Shown here one piece after another: positions 27,581 to 37,034 of a DNA stretch of 47,103 nucleotides. This DNA comes from Coleofasciculus chthonoplastes F2-STO-03 (lineage in GTDB: Bacteria; Cyanobacteriota; Cyanobacteriia; Cyanobacteriales; Coleofasciculaceae): assembly GCA_040222015.1 (NCBI GenBank), contig JAVJWO010000137.1:1-47103 (forward strand), given 5' to 3'. A model generated the notes under the pieces. That model was not told the origin of the DNA and ran no database searches. It saw nothing but the letters and a program-made list of their open reading frames with translations. Positions within the stretch are counted from its first letter, which is position 1; each line of letters begins with the position of its first letter. The position numbers were made by a program, and so were the translations under genes.

Positions 27581-30500
27581 ATGGAACCCGTAGCAATTGT
27601 AGGCATAGGCTGTCGCTTTCCAGGAGCGAACGACCCAGAAGCGTTCTGGCAGTTGTTGCGTGAAGGAGTGGATGCGATCGCAGAAGTTCCCTCCCAGCGA
27701 TGGAATATTGATCGGTTTTACGATTCCCACCCCGCCACACCTGAAAAAATGTATACTCGCTGGGGGGGATTTTTAGACCAAATCGATCAATTCGATCCCA
27801 GTTTTTTCAAAATTTCACCCCGCGAGGCACAGTACCTAGACCCCCAACAAAGACTTCTTTTAGAGGTTGCTTGGGAAGCGTTAGAAAATGCCGCCATTGT
27901 TCCCGAAAACTTAGCAGGCAGCCAAACTGGAGTTTTTATCGGCATCGGCAACTTTGACTACCACAGGTTAATATACAACGATTTATCCAGGATCAACGCC
28001 TACAGTAGCACGGGAACCAGTCCCTCGATTTCTGCCAACCGTCTATCTTACCTGTTGGATCTGCAAGGTCCAAGTATGGCAGTCGATACAGCTTGCTCTT
28101 CATCCCTAGTCGCCGTTCACCTAGCTTGCCAGAGTTTACAAAATCAGGAGTCTAACCTCTGCTTAGTCGGAGGCGTGAACCTGATCCTGTCTCCAGAACC
28201 AACGATTGGCTTGTCTCAAGCCCGAATGATGTCAGCCGACGGGCGCTGCCAAACCTTTGATGCTAGCGCTGACGGATATGTTCGCGGAGAGGGGTGTGCG
28301 GTAGTTGTTCTCAAGCCCCTGAGCAATGCACTGGAGGATGGAGACAGAATACTGGCAATTATTAGAGGTTCGGCGGTTAACCAAGATGGACAAAGCAATG
28401 GCATCACCGCCCCCAATAGTCCGGCTCAGCAGGCAGTTATCCGCAAAGCCCTGGCAAATGCCAAAGTGCAACCCGCCCAGATTAGCTATGTCGAAGCCCA
28501 CGGTACAGGCACATCCTTGGGAGATCCGATTGAGGTTAAATCCCTCAAAGCTGTGCTGAGTCAGGGGCGTTCCACCGATCAACCCTGTTGGATGGGGTCA
28601 GTTAAAACCAATATCGGTCATTTAGAAGCCGCTGCTGGAATTGCCGGGTTGATCAAGGTGGTTCTGTCTTTACACCATCAAGAAATCCCCCCCCATCTGC
28701 ATCTGAAGACACTCAATCCCTACATTTCTATAGAAGGGACGCCATTTGCCATTCCGAAAGAGCGCCAGCCTTGGTTTGTTGGCACAGAACCCCGCTTAGC
28801 AGGCATCAGTTCCTTTGGCTTCGGCGGCACGAATAGCCATGTCATTGTAGAAGAAGCACCCTTTGAAGAGATGGGGAGATGGGGAAATGGGGAGATGGGG
28901 AGAGTTTTGCTGACGAACTCCCCAACAGTCCAAGATTCTATCAACACAGAACGTTCCTTCCACCTTTTAAGTCTTTCGGCAAAAAGTGAGCAGGCGCTGC
29001 AACAGTTGGCATATCGTTATCAAGATTTTCTAATCGCTCAGGAGCAAATATCACTGGCAGATGTTTGCTTTACCGCGAATACGGGGCGATCGCATTTTAC
29101 CCACCGCCTTGCCCTAGTAGCACAATCAACCCAACAGTTGCGCGAACAACTTAATGCTTTCGCCACGGGAAAGGAAACGGCTGGTAATGTCAGCGGACAA
29201 ATACGAAGTAGGAAACTTCCGAAGATAGCGTTTTTATTCACAGGGCAGGGTTCCCAGTATGTTGGTATGGGACGCGAACTCTATCAAACCCAGCCCACTT
29301 TCCGAAAAACCCTCGACTACTGTGCTGAAATTCTACATCCCTATCTGGAAAAGCCTCTACTGAGTGTCCTGTATCCTGAACCTGGGGACACATCACCTCT
29401 GGATGAAACCGCCTACGCCCAACCCGCCTTGTTTGCCCTAGAATATGCCCTATTTGAGTTGTGGAAATCCTGGGGTATAGAACCCTCAGTCGTCATGGGT
29501 CATAGTGTGGGTGAATATGTGGCTGCCTGTGTGGCTGGTGTATTTAGCTTAGAAGATGGCTTGAGGTTAATGCAAGAGCGGGGGCGTTTAATGCAATCCT
29601 TGTCGCCCGATGGGGAAATGGTGGCAGTATTTGCTGATTATGCCCAAGTTAAAGATGCCATTCAACCCTATGCTCAGCAGGTGGCAATTGCCGCGATTAA
29701 CGGGGCTGAAACGATGGTGATTTCTGGAGAGCATGAGGCAGTGGGAGACGCGATCGCCATTTTATCAGCAGCCGGAGTGAAGACGAAACGGTTGAATGTT
29801 TCCCGTGCCTTTCATTCCCCGTTAATGGAACCCATACTGGCAGAGTTTGAGCAGGTGGCAAGAGACATTACCTATTCATCTGCCCAAATCAAGGTAATTT
29901 CTAATCTGACTGGGGAAGTCGCCACCGATGAAATCGCTACTCCTGACTATTGGTGTCGCCATATTCGGCAGCCCGTCCGATTTGCGGCGGGTATGGAAAC
30001 GATTTATCGTGACGATTATCAGCTTTTTATAGAATGTGGACCCCAGCCAACTTTACTGGGGATGGGGCGCCGCTGCTTGCCCGAATCAGCAGGACATTGG
30101 CTACCCAGTTTGCGTCAAGGGCAATCAGATTGGCAGCAAATGCTCCAGAGTTGTGCCACGTTGTATGTGAATGGGATACCGATAGATTGGTCAGGTTTTC
30201 ACCGGGATTATGCCCATCGTCGTCTCCAACTACCCACCTATCCATTCCAGCGATCGCGCTTCTGGTTTGAGAGGATAGCAGATCAACCCAGCCAGGAGAA
30301 GCCAGAAGCCTCCCAACGTTGGCAAACTGTAGTAGCTGCGAGTACCTACCAAGCTCAAACCGGACCCTTTGATTTGGAACTCCACACCTATCAAGCCAAG
30401 TTAGAGTCATACGACTCCCTGACGACGGCTTATGTTCTCACTGCCTTGCAAAACTTAGGCATTTATCGCCAAGCTGGGGAACGGCATTCCGTAGAAACGT

Positions 30501-32680
30501 TATTGCCTCAATTCAATATCTTACCAACCTATGCAAAACTTCTATCCAAATGGCTGGAGAGATTGGTAAGAGAAGGCACATTGAAGCAAAACGAGCAAGT
30601 CTTTGTCAATCAAAAGTCGCTGCCCAAACCAGGGGTTGATTCTTGTTTGCGTCAGGCAACAGAGTTATCAACAAATGCTCCACAGCTAATCAATCTTATC
30701 CAGCGCTGTGGGGAAAACCTTGCCGACGTTTTGATCGGGAAGGTAAAGCCTTTAGAAATGATATTTCCCGGCGGATCGGAGGAAATCACCAACTATCTTT
30801 ATCAGCAATCACCAGAGGCTCGCTATTTCAACGGTATTGCCAAGAGCGTTATCGAGGCTGTCGTCAAAAGCCAGCTTCAAGCCAAGTCGCTGCGGATTCT
30901 GGAAGTTGGAGCCGGAACCGGGGGCACTACTGGCTCCTTGCTGCCAATTCTACCCAAAGAGCGAACCAGCTATTGGTTCACTGATGTGTCAAACCTTTTC
31001 CTGGAGAGAGCCAAGCAGAAATTCAAGAGTTATCCCTTTGTCCGATATAGTCTGCTGGATATCGAGCAAAACCCTGAAACTCAAGGCTACCCCCTGCACA
31101 GTTTCGATGTGGTTGTGGCTGTTAACGTGTTGCACGCAACTCGTGATATTGAAGAAACCCTGGAAAATGTGCGATCGCTACTCGCACCGGATGGCTTACT
31201 GCTGATTATAGAAGTCACGAATCCTCCATCTTGGTTGGACATTACCTTTGGATTGACCGAGGGTTGGCAGGGGTTTGAGGACAGGCGAGGGAACAATCCA
31301 CTTTTATCCCAGGCACAGTGGGAGTCGGTTTTGGGTGATTGTGGATTTGAGCGGGTGTTGAGCTTACCGAGTTCCGGCTCACCGACAGAAATTCTGGGTC
31401 AACACGTCTTGATTGCCCAGTCTGAGCGATTGACACAAGACGCAACAGACTCTGATCGAACAGAGACTCTGCCGCAGCCAGAGCCGGCTGTCAGGGAAGT
31501 TGAGGAGAGTTCCAAGAGCGATCGCCTTGTCGCGGCAACACCTGATAATTTACAGCAGAGCTGGGAGTCCCGGCTTCATGAGAAAGTAGCCAGTATCTTA
31601 GGAATTGCTCTATCTGAGCTAAATATTGATACTTCACTGACTCATCTCGGATTTGACTCCTTGATGGCAGTTGAACTAACCAATTGGATGACCAAAGAAT
31701 TGGGGGTAAACATACCTGTGGTTAGCTTCCCAGCTGGTGCCAACATTACTCAACTCACTAATCAGGTGAGAGAGACTCTGGCTGGCACTGCCACAAGCCA
31801 ACCCCCTGAATGCCAGCCATACCCCTGCTTAATTCCCCTTCAGCCTCAAGGCAGCCAACCACCGTTCTTTTGCGTCCATCCCTTTGCCGGAGTGGTTTTC
31901 CCGTATTATGAGTTAACCAGTCTTCTGGGCAAGAATCAACCCGTTTACGGGCTGCAATCATTTAGTCTGGCTGGGGAAGGGAAACCCTTAACCCGGATTG
32001 AGGATATGGCGGCACACTACATTAAAGCCATACGAACCGTTCAACCCCAGGGGCCATACATTTTAGGCGGTTGGTCTTTTGGCGCTTATGTCGCGTTTGA
32101 AATAGCTCAACAATTACAACAGAATGGTCAAACTGTTGCCCTACTAGCGGTGATAGATACGCCTCGACTTTCAGGGAATAAAACTGCGAATGTTATGATG
32201 TTGTCCAAAACATTTATCACTGTATCGTTACGATATATAGGTCCCTATGTTTACGATTATTTTTATCTGTCAAATGCTGCCAATTCGTCTAAAAAAGCCG
32301 CAAAAAATGGGGGTTGGTCTTTTGATATAGTTTCTGCGATGATGAAGTCACCCGCCGTGGCGAACGTTGTCCTTCAAGAGTCGAAATTTATCCAGCTTCA
32401 ACAGCCAATTTTGCGCCACCTATTCCCTGTCATGTGGGCTAATAGCCAAGCATTAGTCAACTATGTCCCGAAAGTCTATCCGGGCAAAATTACCCTGTTT
32501 CAGAGTAGCAAACCCTGGGTAGCCAGTCCGCCAGATAGGGGTTGGGGCTGGCAAGATTTAAGTCTCAAAGGTGTAAATATTTGTCACATTTCCGGTCATC
32601 ACCTAAATTGTTTAAGGATGCCTCATGTTAAAGTAGTGGCTGAACAATTAGCCAAGTGTATCAAGCAAGTTTCAAAATAA
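27581..32680 (+). CDS. Type I PKS, single module KS-AT-MT-ACP-TE
   Basis: KS DTACSSS/HGTGT/NIGHLE; AT GHSVG, RAFHS; MT LEVGAGTGG, VLHAT; ACP GFDSL; TE GWSFG; no KR/DH/ER motifs seen. Confidence 0.92.
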   Translation: MEPVAIVGIGCRFPGANDPEAFWQLLREGVDAIAEVPSQRWNIDRFYDSHPATPEKMYTRWGGFLDQIDQFDPSFFKISPREAQYLDPQQRLLLEVAWEALENAAIVPENLAGSQTGVFIGIGNFDYHRLIYNDLSRINAYSSTGTSPSISANRLSYLLDLQGPSMAVDTACSSSLVAVHLACQSLQNQESNLCLVGGVNLILSPEPTIGLSQARMMSADGRCQTFDASADGYVRGEGCAVVVLKPLSNALEDGDRILAIIRGSAVNQDGQSNGITAPNSPAQQAVIRKALANAKVQPAQISYVEAHGTGTSLGDPIEVKSLKAVLSQGRSTDQPCWMGSVKTNIGHLEAAAGIAGLIKVVLSLHHQEIPPHLHLKTLNPYISIEGTPFAIPKERQPWFVGTEPRLAGISSFGFGGTNSHVIVEEAPFEEMGRWGNGEMGRVLLTNSPTVQDSINTERSFHLLSLSAKSEQALQQLAYRYQDFLIAQEQISLADVCFTANTGRSHFTHRLALVAQSTQQLREQLNAFATGKETAGNVSGQIRSRKLPKIAFLFTGQGSQYVGMGRELYQTQPTFRKTLDYCAEILHPYLEKPLLSVLYPEPGDTSPLDETAYAQPALFALEYALFELWKSWGIEPSVVMGHSVGEYVAACVAGVFSLEDGLRLMQERGRLMQSLSPDGEMVAVFADYAQVKDAIQPYAQQVAIAAINGAETMVISGEHEAVGDAIAILSAAGVKTKRLNVSRAFHSPLMEPILAEFEQVARDITYSSAQIKVISNLTGEVATDEIATPDYWCRHIRQPVRFAAGMETIYRDDYQLFIECGPQPTLLGMGRRCLPESAGHWLPSLRQGQSDWQQMLQSCATLYVNGIPIDWSGFHRDYAHRRLQLPTYPFQRSRFWFERIADQPSQEKPEASQRWQTVVAASTYQAQTGPFDLELHTYQAKLESYDSLTTAYVLTALQNLGIYRQAGERHSVETLLPQFNILPTYAKLLSKWLERLVREGTLKQNEQVFVNQKSLPKPGVDSCLRQATELSTNAPQLINLIQRCGENLADVLIGKVKPLEMIFPGGSEEITNYLYQQSPEARYFNGIAKSVIEAVVKSQLQAKSLRILEVGAGTGGTTGSLLPILPKERTSYWFTDVSNLFLERAKQKFKSYPFVRYSLLDIEQNPETQGYPLHSFDVVVAVNVLHATRDIEETLENVRSLLAPDGLLLIIEVTNPPSWLDITFGLTEGWQGFEDRRGNNPLLSQAQWESVLGDCGFERVLSLPSSGSPTEILGQHVLIAQSERLTQDATDSDRTETLPQPEPAVREVEESSKSDRLVAATPDNLQQSWESRLHEKVASILGIALSELNIDTSLTHLGFDSLMAVELTNWMTKELGVNIPVVSFPAGANITQLTNQVRETLAGTATSQPPECQPYPCLIPLQPQGSQPPFFCVHPFAGVVFPYYELTSLLGKNQPVYGLQSFSLAGEGKPLTRIEDMAAHYIKAIRTVQPQGPYILGGWSFGAYVAFEIAQQLQQNGQTVALLAVIDTPRLSGNKTANVMMLSKTFITVSLRYIGPYVYDYFYLSNAANSSKKAAKNGGWSFDIVSAMMKSPAVANVVLQESKFIQLQQPILRHLFPVMWANSQALVNYVPKVYPGKITLFQSSKPWVASPPDRGWGWQDLSLKGVNICHISGHHLNCLRMPHVKVVAEQLAKCIKQVSK
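28868..28903. repeat. G-rich octamer repeat (GAGATGGG)x4.5 inside the PKS coding sequence
   Basis: gagatggg gagatggg gaaatggg gagatggg gaga; encodes EMGRWGNGEMGR in the post-KS linker. Confidence 0.85.
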
Positions 32681-32708
32681 ACAAACATTAGTGGAGAACG
32701 TTAACGCC

Positions 32709-33137
32709 ATGAGTAAACCCAATCAATTTATAGGAACTTGGCGATTGATATCATGCGAAATTAGGGATTCAGAGGGTCAGGTCAGCTACCCATTTGGAGA
32801 AGATGCCCTTGGCTTCCTGATTTACACGGATGATGGATATATGTCTGGAACGCTGACGAGAGCCAATCGTCCCCACTTTGCCGCCGGAGATATTTTGGGA
32901 GGAACACTGGAGGAACAGGCAATGGCAACTCAGACTTACCTCGCCTATTGCGGTCGGTATGAGATTCAAGATAACAAAGTGATTCATCATGTTGAAACCA
33001 GCCTGTTTCCTAATTGGGTTGGTGTAGATCAAGCCCGCTTCTTTGAATTTAAGGAAGGCAAGTTGGTATTAAGTACACCTCCGATTTTAGCCAGTGGCAA
33101 GGAATCTGTTGGTTACCTAATCTGGGAGCATGTTTGA
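32709..33137 (+). CDS. Lipocalin-like domain protein
   Basis: FIGTWRLIS, GFLIYTDDGYMS, YLAYCGRY, SLFPNWVG; ATG 32709 (track GTG 32691). Confidence 0.85.
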   Translation: MSKPNQFIGTWRLISCEIRDSEGQVSYPFGEDALGFLIYTDDGYMSGTLTRANRPHFAAGDILGGTLEEQAMATQTYLAYCGRYEIQDNKVIHHVETSLFPNWVGVDQARFFEFKEGKLVLSTPPILASGKESVGYLIWEHV

Positions 33138-33181
33138 AGCTAAATGATTACGACGACTTTTTTTTAGGAGCTCAGTGACAA

Positions 33182-34543
33182 ATGACTATACCCTTACAGA
33201 TTCGTCCCGGATTTGACTTTGATGAAGCTATATTAATGGCTCAGTTTACGAAGCAAGCCTACGAACTTTTCCAGTATGATGACGGCAGCATCGAAGACAC
33301 AGAACTCAAAGAAATCTACAACTCTATTCATCGAAATCAAGGCTGGAGGTTTGTCCACAGCATCCGCAACGATCAAACAAATGTCCGAGGATTTATCCTC
33401 AAAAACCCTGGAGCTAATCAGTATGTGTTAGTTTTTCGAGGTTCCATCGTCACAGATAGAGGCAGTTTAGAACTCACGGATCTTCTAATTAGCGACACAA
33501 ACTGGGAATTAGTCAGCTACGGTGCTATGGCTGATCCGAGAATTAAAGTATCGGAAGGATTTTTTGAAGCCTTTGAATCTGTCTCAGATCAGGTCGAAAT
33601 TTTCTTTAAGACGTTACTGGGGCGGCTCACCAAAAGAGACTTTATTCGCATTGAAGGGTTGACTCCCGAAAGGCAATTTGCCTGCGCGATGGCGATGGCT
33701 GATGCTGGGGCAATTCGACTCAGTAATGAGTTTGAGCAGCAAGCCAGAACGTTAATACTCAACGTTGTTGCCGATGGGGAAATTGGGAATAATGAGGAAT
33801 TGATAGAAGTTTTAGAATTTAAGAAACAGAATTTATTAGCCCTGGAAACCTTGACCGAGCCAGTAGAAGTTTACGTGACGGGTCATAGTTTGGGTGGGTG
33901 TTTAGCCAACCTTGGTGCCTTGGCGCTGCGGCGTTACTTTGGTTCAATGGTTGATTCAGGACTGGCAATAAAAGTCTACACGATTGGAGCGCCTAAGATA
34001 GGCAATCAGAACTTTGTCAACTATTACAATGAACAAATTGGTGAGGGGTTGAGCCATCGCGTGGAAAACCTATTGGATGTTATGGGACCTGTACTCCCTC
34101 CTTCACCGCCTTTCCCTTTAAATGTTTTGGCTCCCAACGGTTTGCGAATTGGCAATTTTTCTCTAGCTAATTATGCAGCCGTAGGGGAAGTGCATACTTT
34201 AATTGGCTTGGGATCTCAGAATGTCTCCCTGGATTTTGGCGGTGCGATAGAATTCTTGGGTGGTATTCCTTTTCCCCACAGCTTCGATGCCTATATTCAG
34301 TTGCTCAAAGAAGATCAGCAGCGCTGGTATCAATTCTCTCTACCGATCAAGAATATCCTGGCTCCGTTTTTCAAGGAACTGCTGCAAGAGCAAGTTGAAG
34401 AAATCGCCGACCGTTTTAAGGTTTCAAATCAAGCTTTAGCAGACCAAATTATAGAGTCAATACACAGTATGAAGAATGGGCAAGGAATTGCACAAGATTC
34501 TAAGGAGTCAGAGATTGATATGAGCAGGGATTCGGTGAAGTAG
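33182..34543 (+). CDS. Class 3 lipase-like alpha/beta hydrolase
   Basis: LVFRGS, VSEGFFEAF, VYVTGHSLGG nucleophile elbow, YTIGAPKIGN, late PHS. Confidence 0.85.
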   Translation: MTIPLQIRPGFDFDEAILMAQFTKQAYELFQYDDGSIEDTELKEIYNSIHRNQGWRFVHSIRNDQTNVRGFILKNPGANQYVLVFRGSIVTDRGSLELTDLLISDTNWELVSYGAMADPRIKVSEGFFEAFESVSDQVEIFFKTLLGRLTKRDFIRIEGLTPERQFACAMAMADAGAIRLSNEFEQQARTLILNVVADGEIGNNEELIEVLEFKKQNLLALETLTEPVEVYVTGHSLGGCLANLGALALRRYFGSMVDSGLAIKVYTIGAPKIGNQNFVNYYNEQIGEGLSHRVENLLDVMGPVLPPSPPFPLNVLAPNGLRIGNFSLANYAAVGEVHTLIGLGSQNVSLDFGGAIEFLGGIPFPHSFDAYIQLLKEDQQRWYQFSLPIKNILAPFFKELLQEQVEEIADRFKVSNQALADQIIESIHSMKNGQGIAQDSKESEIDMSRDSVK

Positions 34544-34625
34544 GGCTGGCTGCATAAAGCCAAAACCGCAAAGCCCATCAATCCTTTGGAGGTGTATGGA
34601 TAGTTTTTGTTCTACCAAGCCTATA

Positions 34626-34653
34626 GTAGAGACTAGGCATGCTTAGTCTCTAC
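34626..34653. repeat. GTAG-type REP palindrome
   Basis: GTAGAGACTAGGCATGCTTAGTCTCTAC. Confidence 0.7.
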
Positions 34654-34728
34654 AAATGGTGCCGAAAGTCCTAATCGATGTGTCTACTGCGATAAAACTG
34701 ATTTGGGATTATATATTCAGATTGGGGA

Positions 34729-35568
34729 TCAATGAATGGGTTTTCCACAATGAGGACAAAATTTTGAGGTTCGCTTACGTTGGATCGGGCGTCTAGCTTG
34801 AAGTTCTTCCGAGAATCCAGACGCCAATATACCAGCAGGTAAAGCAAATAGCCCAATTCCCAGCACCGCTAACATCGCGCCCAGTAACTTCCCGATCAGC
34901 GTGACTGGATAGACATCACCGTAGCCCACGGTGGTTAAGGTAATCACACTCCACCACATAGACATGGGGATATTCGGGAACTCTTCTGCCTGCGCCTCAT
35001 GCTCGGCAAAATAAATTAGACTAGAGGAGCAAAATAACAAAATAAACAAAATAAAAAATGTTATAATTAATTCTTCTTTTTTTGAACGAATAACTCGCCC
35101 TAATGTTCTTAATGAAGCCGAATAACGGCTCAATTTTAAAATTCTAAAAAATCGGAATAATCGTAAAGACCTTAAAAATCGCAAATCGGGGAATAGGAGC
35201 GGTAGATAAAAAGGGAAAATTGCAATTAAATCGATGAGCATTAAAGGCGTGAACATGAATCGTAACCGTCCCCTGATCGAATGCTTATAGTCCGTATTTA
35301 CTGTACATGTCCAAAGCCTTAAGATATATTCAACACTAAATACGACAATTGAAACCTCCTCAAAAATAATAAAGTATCGTTTATACTGACACCCAATTGG
35401 ATCAACTGTTTCCAAGGTAAAAGCAATCAAGTTTAGGGCAATTAATGTCCAAATAAATAGGTCAACTATTTGGCTAGCAGTATCCCTAATATCCGTCCGC
35501 TCTAAGATTTGATAAATTCGCACCTTAAGTCTGTCTATCATGGCGTCTTTTGCTGAGGGATGATGCAT
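34729..35568 (-). CDS. Voltage-gated potassium channel-like ion transporter
   Basis: S4 LRSLRLFRFFRILKL; filter TTVGYGD; start may be 35541. Confidence 0.92.
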   Translation of the reverse strand: MHHPSAKDAMIDRLKVRIYQILERTDIRDTASQIVDLFIWTLIALNLIAFTLETVDPIGCQYKRYFIIFEEVSIVVFSVEYILRLWTCTVNTDYKHSIRGRLRFMFTPLMLIDLIAIFPFYLPLLFPDLRFLRSLRLFRFFRILKLSRYSASLRTLGRVIRSKKEELIITFFILFILLFCSSSLIYFAEHEAQAEEFPNIPMSMWWSVITLTTVGYGDVYPVTLIGKLLGAMLAVLGIGLFALPAGILASGFSEELQARRPIQRKRTSKFCPHCGKPIH

Positions 35569-35636
35569 AAAAGACTAATGATCCATTGAATATATGAATT
35601 ATGACTTATGCAATTTGATTTCCTGTTCCTTGTTCT

Positions 35637-36044
35637 TTAACATAGCTGACCGGGATAAAATAGAGTACGCTCAATTTGGAAGCTATCAAAGTCTGTATAA
35701 TTACGACCCGTGGGGCGTCCGACACGGGCAGAATCATTCACACCTACAGACAAGATTATGGTATCAGGGACGCGATTTCTCAATTCACCCCGACGGCGAA
35801 ACTCATGTTCGAGACGTTCTTCGACTTGCTTGACACCATCACCTCGGACGCCCAAATTGTAGAGGACATGACCGGAACTATCGGGTAACATGTATTGGCG
35901 TCGCAGCCGTTCAACCCAGCCGCCTCCTTCGGGATCACCAAATCCATAGATCAGGCTATCGCCCAAGACAACCAGTTTAAGGGGATGTCCGGGATTTCGG
36001 TGGGAGGGATCAAGGCGAGGAGCAACGATGGTTTGCATAGACAA
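35637..36044 (-). pseudogene. C-terminally truncated GDSL/SGNH hydrolase
   Basis: LGDSL (block I), NLGVRGD (II), VGVNDS (III) present; stops at 135 aa with no DxxH block and no room before next gene. Confidence 0.7.
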
Positions 36045-36177
36045 TTGTAGTTCGTCAGGTGTTTGTTAACAAATCGATACATTTGCAGGAATTGATACAA
36101 TGTTACCTTATCGGAGGCTCACGCCATAGTCCCTAGATTTTCTGTGTTAGCCAAGCAGGACCTTAGCCAAAGCCCAG

Positions 36178-36277
36178 TTAAGATGAATGGCAGTAAAAAG
36201 CGTGCATTGGGGGATTGCCGTATCCCGTAGGGTGGGCATTGCCCACCAGCTTATGTATCAGTACGATTCCAGTTAAG
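36178..36277. mobile_element. MITE-like element enclosing GTAG REP; same TIR family as 6630-6749
   Basis: TTAAGATGAATGGCAGT ... TCAGTACGATTCCAGTTAAG; internal GTAGGGTGGGCATTGCCCACC (36227-36247). Confidence 0.55.
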
Positions 36278-36340
36278 ATAATCAGGATGGTTTCCTCAAG
36301 TGGGGAAATCATCCTTGAGAAACCTTTCTCCCCACAAACC

Positions 36341-36958
36341 ATGATTCAATCCTTACCTAAACCTGTAACATTCGATGAATTTATTGCTTGGTATCCAGAG
36401 AAATCAGAACACAATTATGAACTTCACAATGGAGTAATTATTGAAATGCCTAAACCCACGGGAAAACATTCGCGGATAGCAGGTTTCCTTATCGCTGAAC
36501 TAAACTTTGAAATCCGCAGGACTTCACATCAGAGTTTTATTCCTAAAGAATGTGTGATTAAACCCATCCCTTATGAGTCTGGCTATGAACCGGATGTTAT
36601 TGTGTTGAATTCCCAGACTATCGGAGATGATCCCCGATGGGAACGGGAATCTATTATTACTCAAGGATCTTCGGCACGTCTGGTGGTCGAGGTTGTTTCC
36701 ACCAATTGGAGTGATGATTATGCACTGAAGCTGGAAGACTACGAGGCGATGGGTATTCCTGAGTATTGGATTGTGGACTATCTTGGGTTAGGGGGGAGGC
36801 GCTACATTGGCAACCCCAAACGACCGACATTTAGTGTATACCAACTGATTGAGGGTGAATACCAGGTGAGTCAGTTTAGGGAAAATGACCGCATTGTTTC
36901 ACCCACATTCCCGGATCTAAATTTGACGGTTCAACAGGTCTTTCAGGCTGGGGAGTGA
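36341..36958 (+). CDS. Uma2 (DUF820) family putative endonuclease
   Basis: YELHNGVIIEM, EPDV, LVVEVVS, GIPEYWIVD, SPTFPDL; ATG 36341. Confidence 0.9.
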   Translation: MIQSLPKPVTFDEFIAWYPEKSEHNYELHNGVIIEMPKPTGKHSRIAGFLIAELNFEIRRTSHQSFIPKECVIKPIPYESGYEPDVIVLNSQTIGDDPRWERESIITQGSSARLVVEVVSTNWSDDYALKLEDYEAMGIPEYWIVDYLGLGGRRYIGNPKRPTFSVYQLIEGEYQVSQFRENDRIVSPTFPDLNLTVQQVFQAGE

Positions 36959-37034
36959 TTTTTGATACAAAAAAGTATCGTATAGCGGTTTTCTATAATT
37001 TCTTTAGCTAGAGCACCTAAAGCTATCTTATATA

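Noticed and set aside
23910..34543. Recent horizontal acquisition of the PKS cluster
   Set aside because: FAAL and PKS carry several HIP1 sites like the host genes, and no integrase or flanking direct repeats are visible
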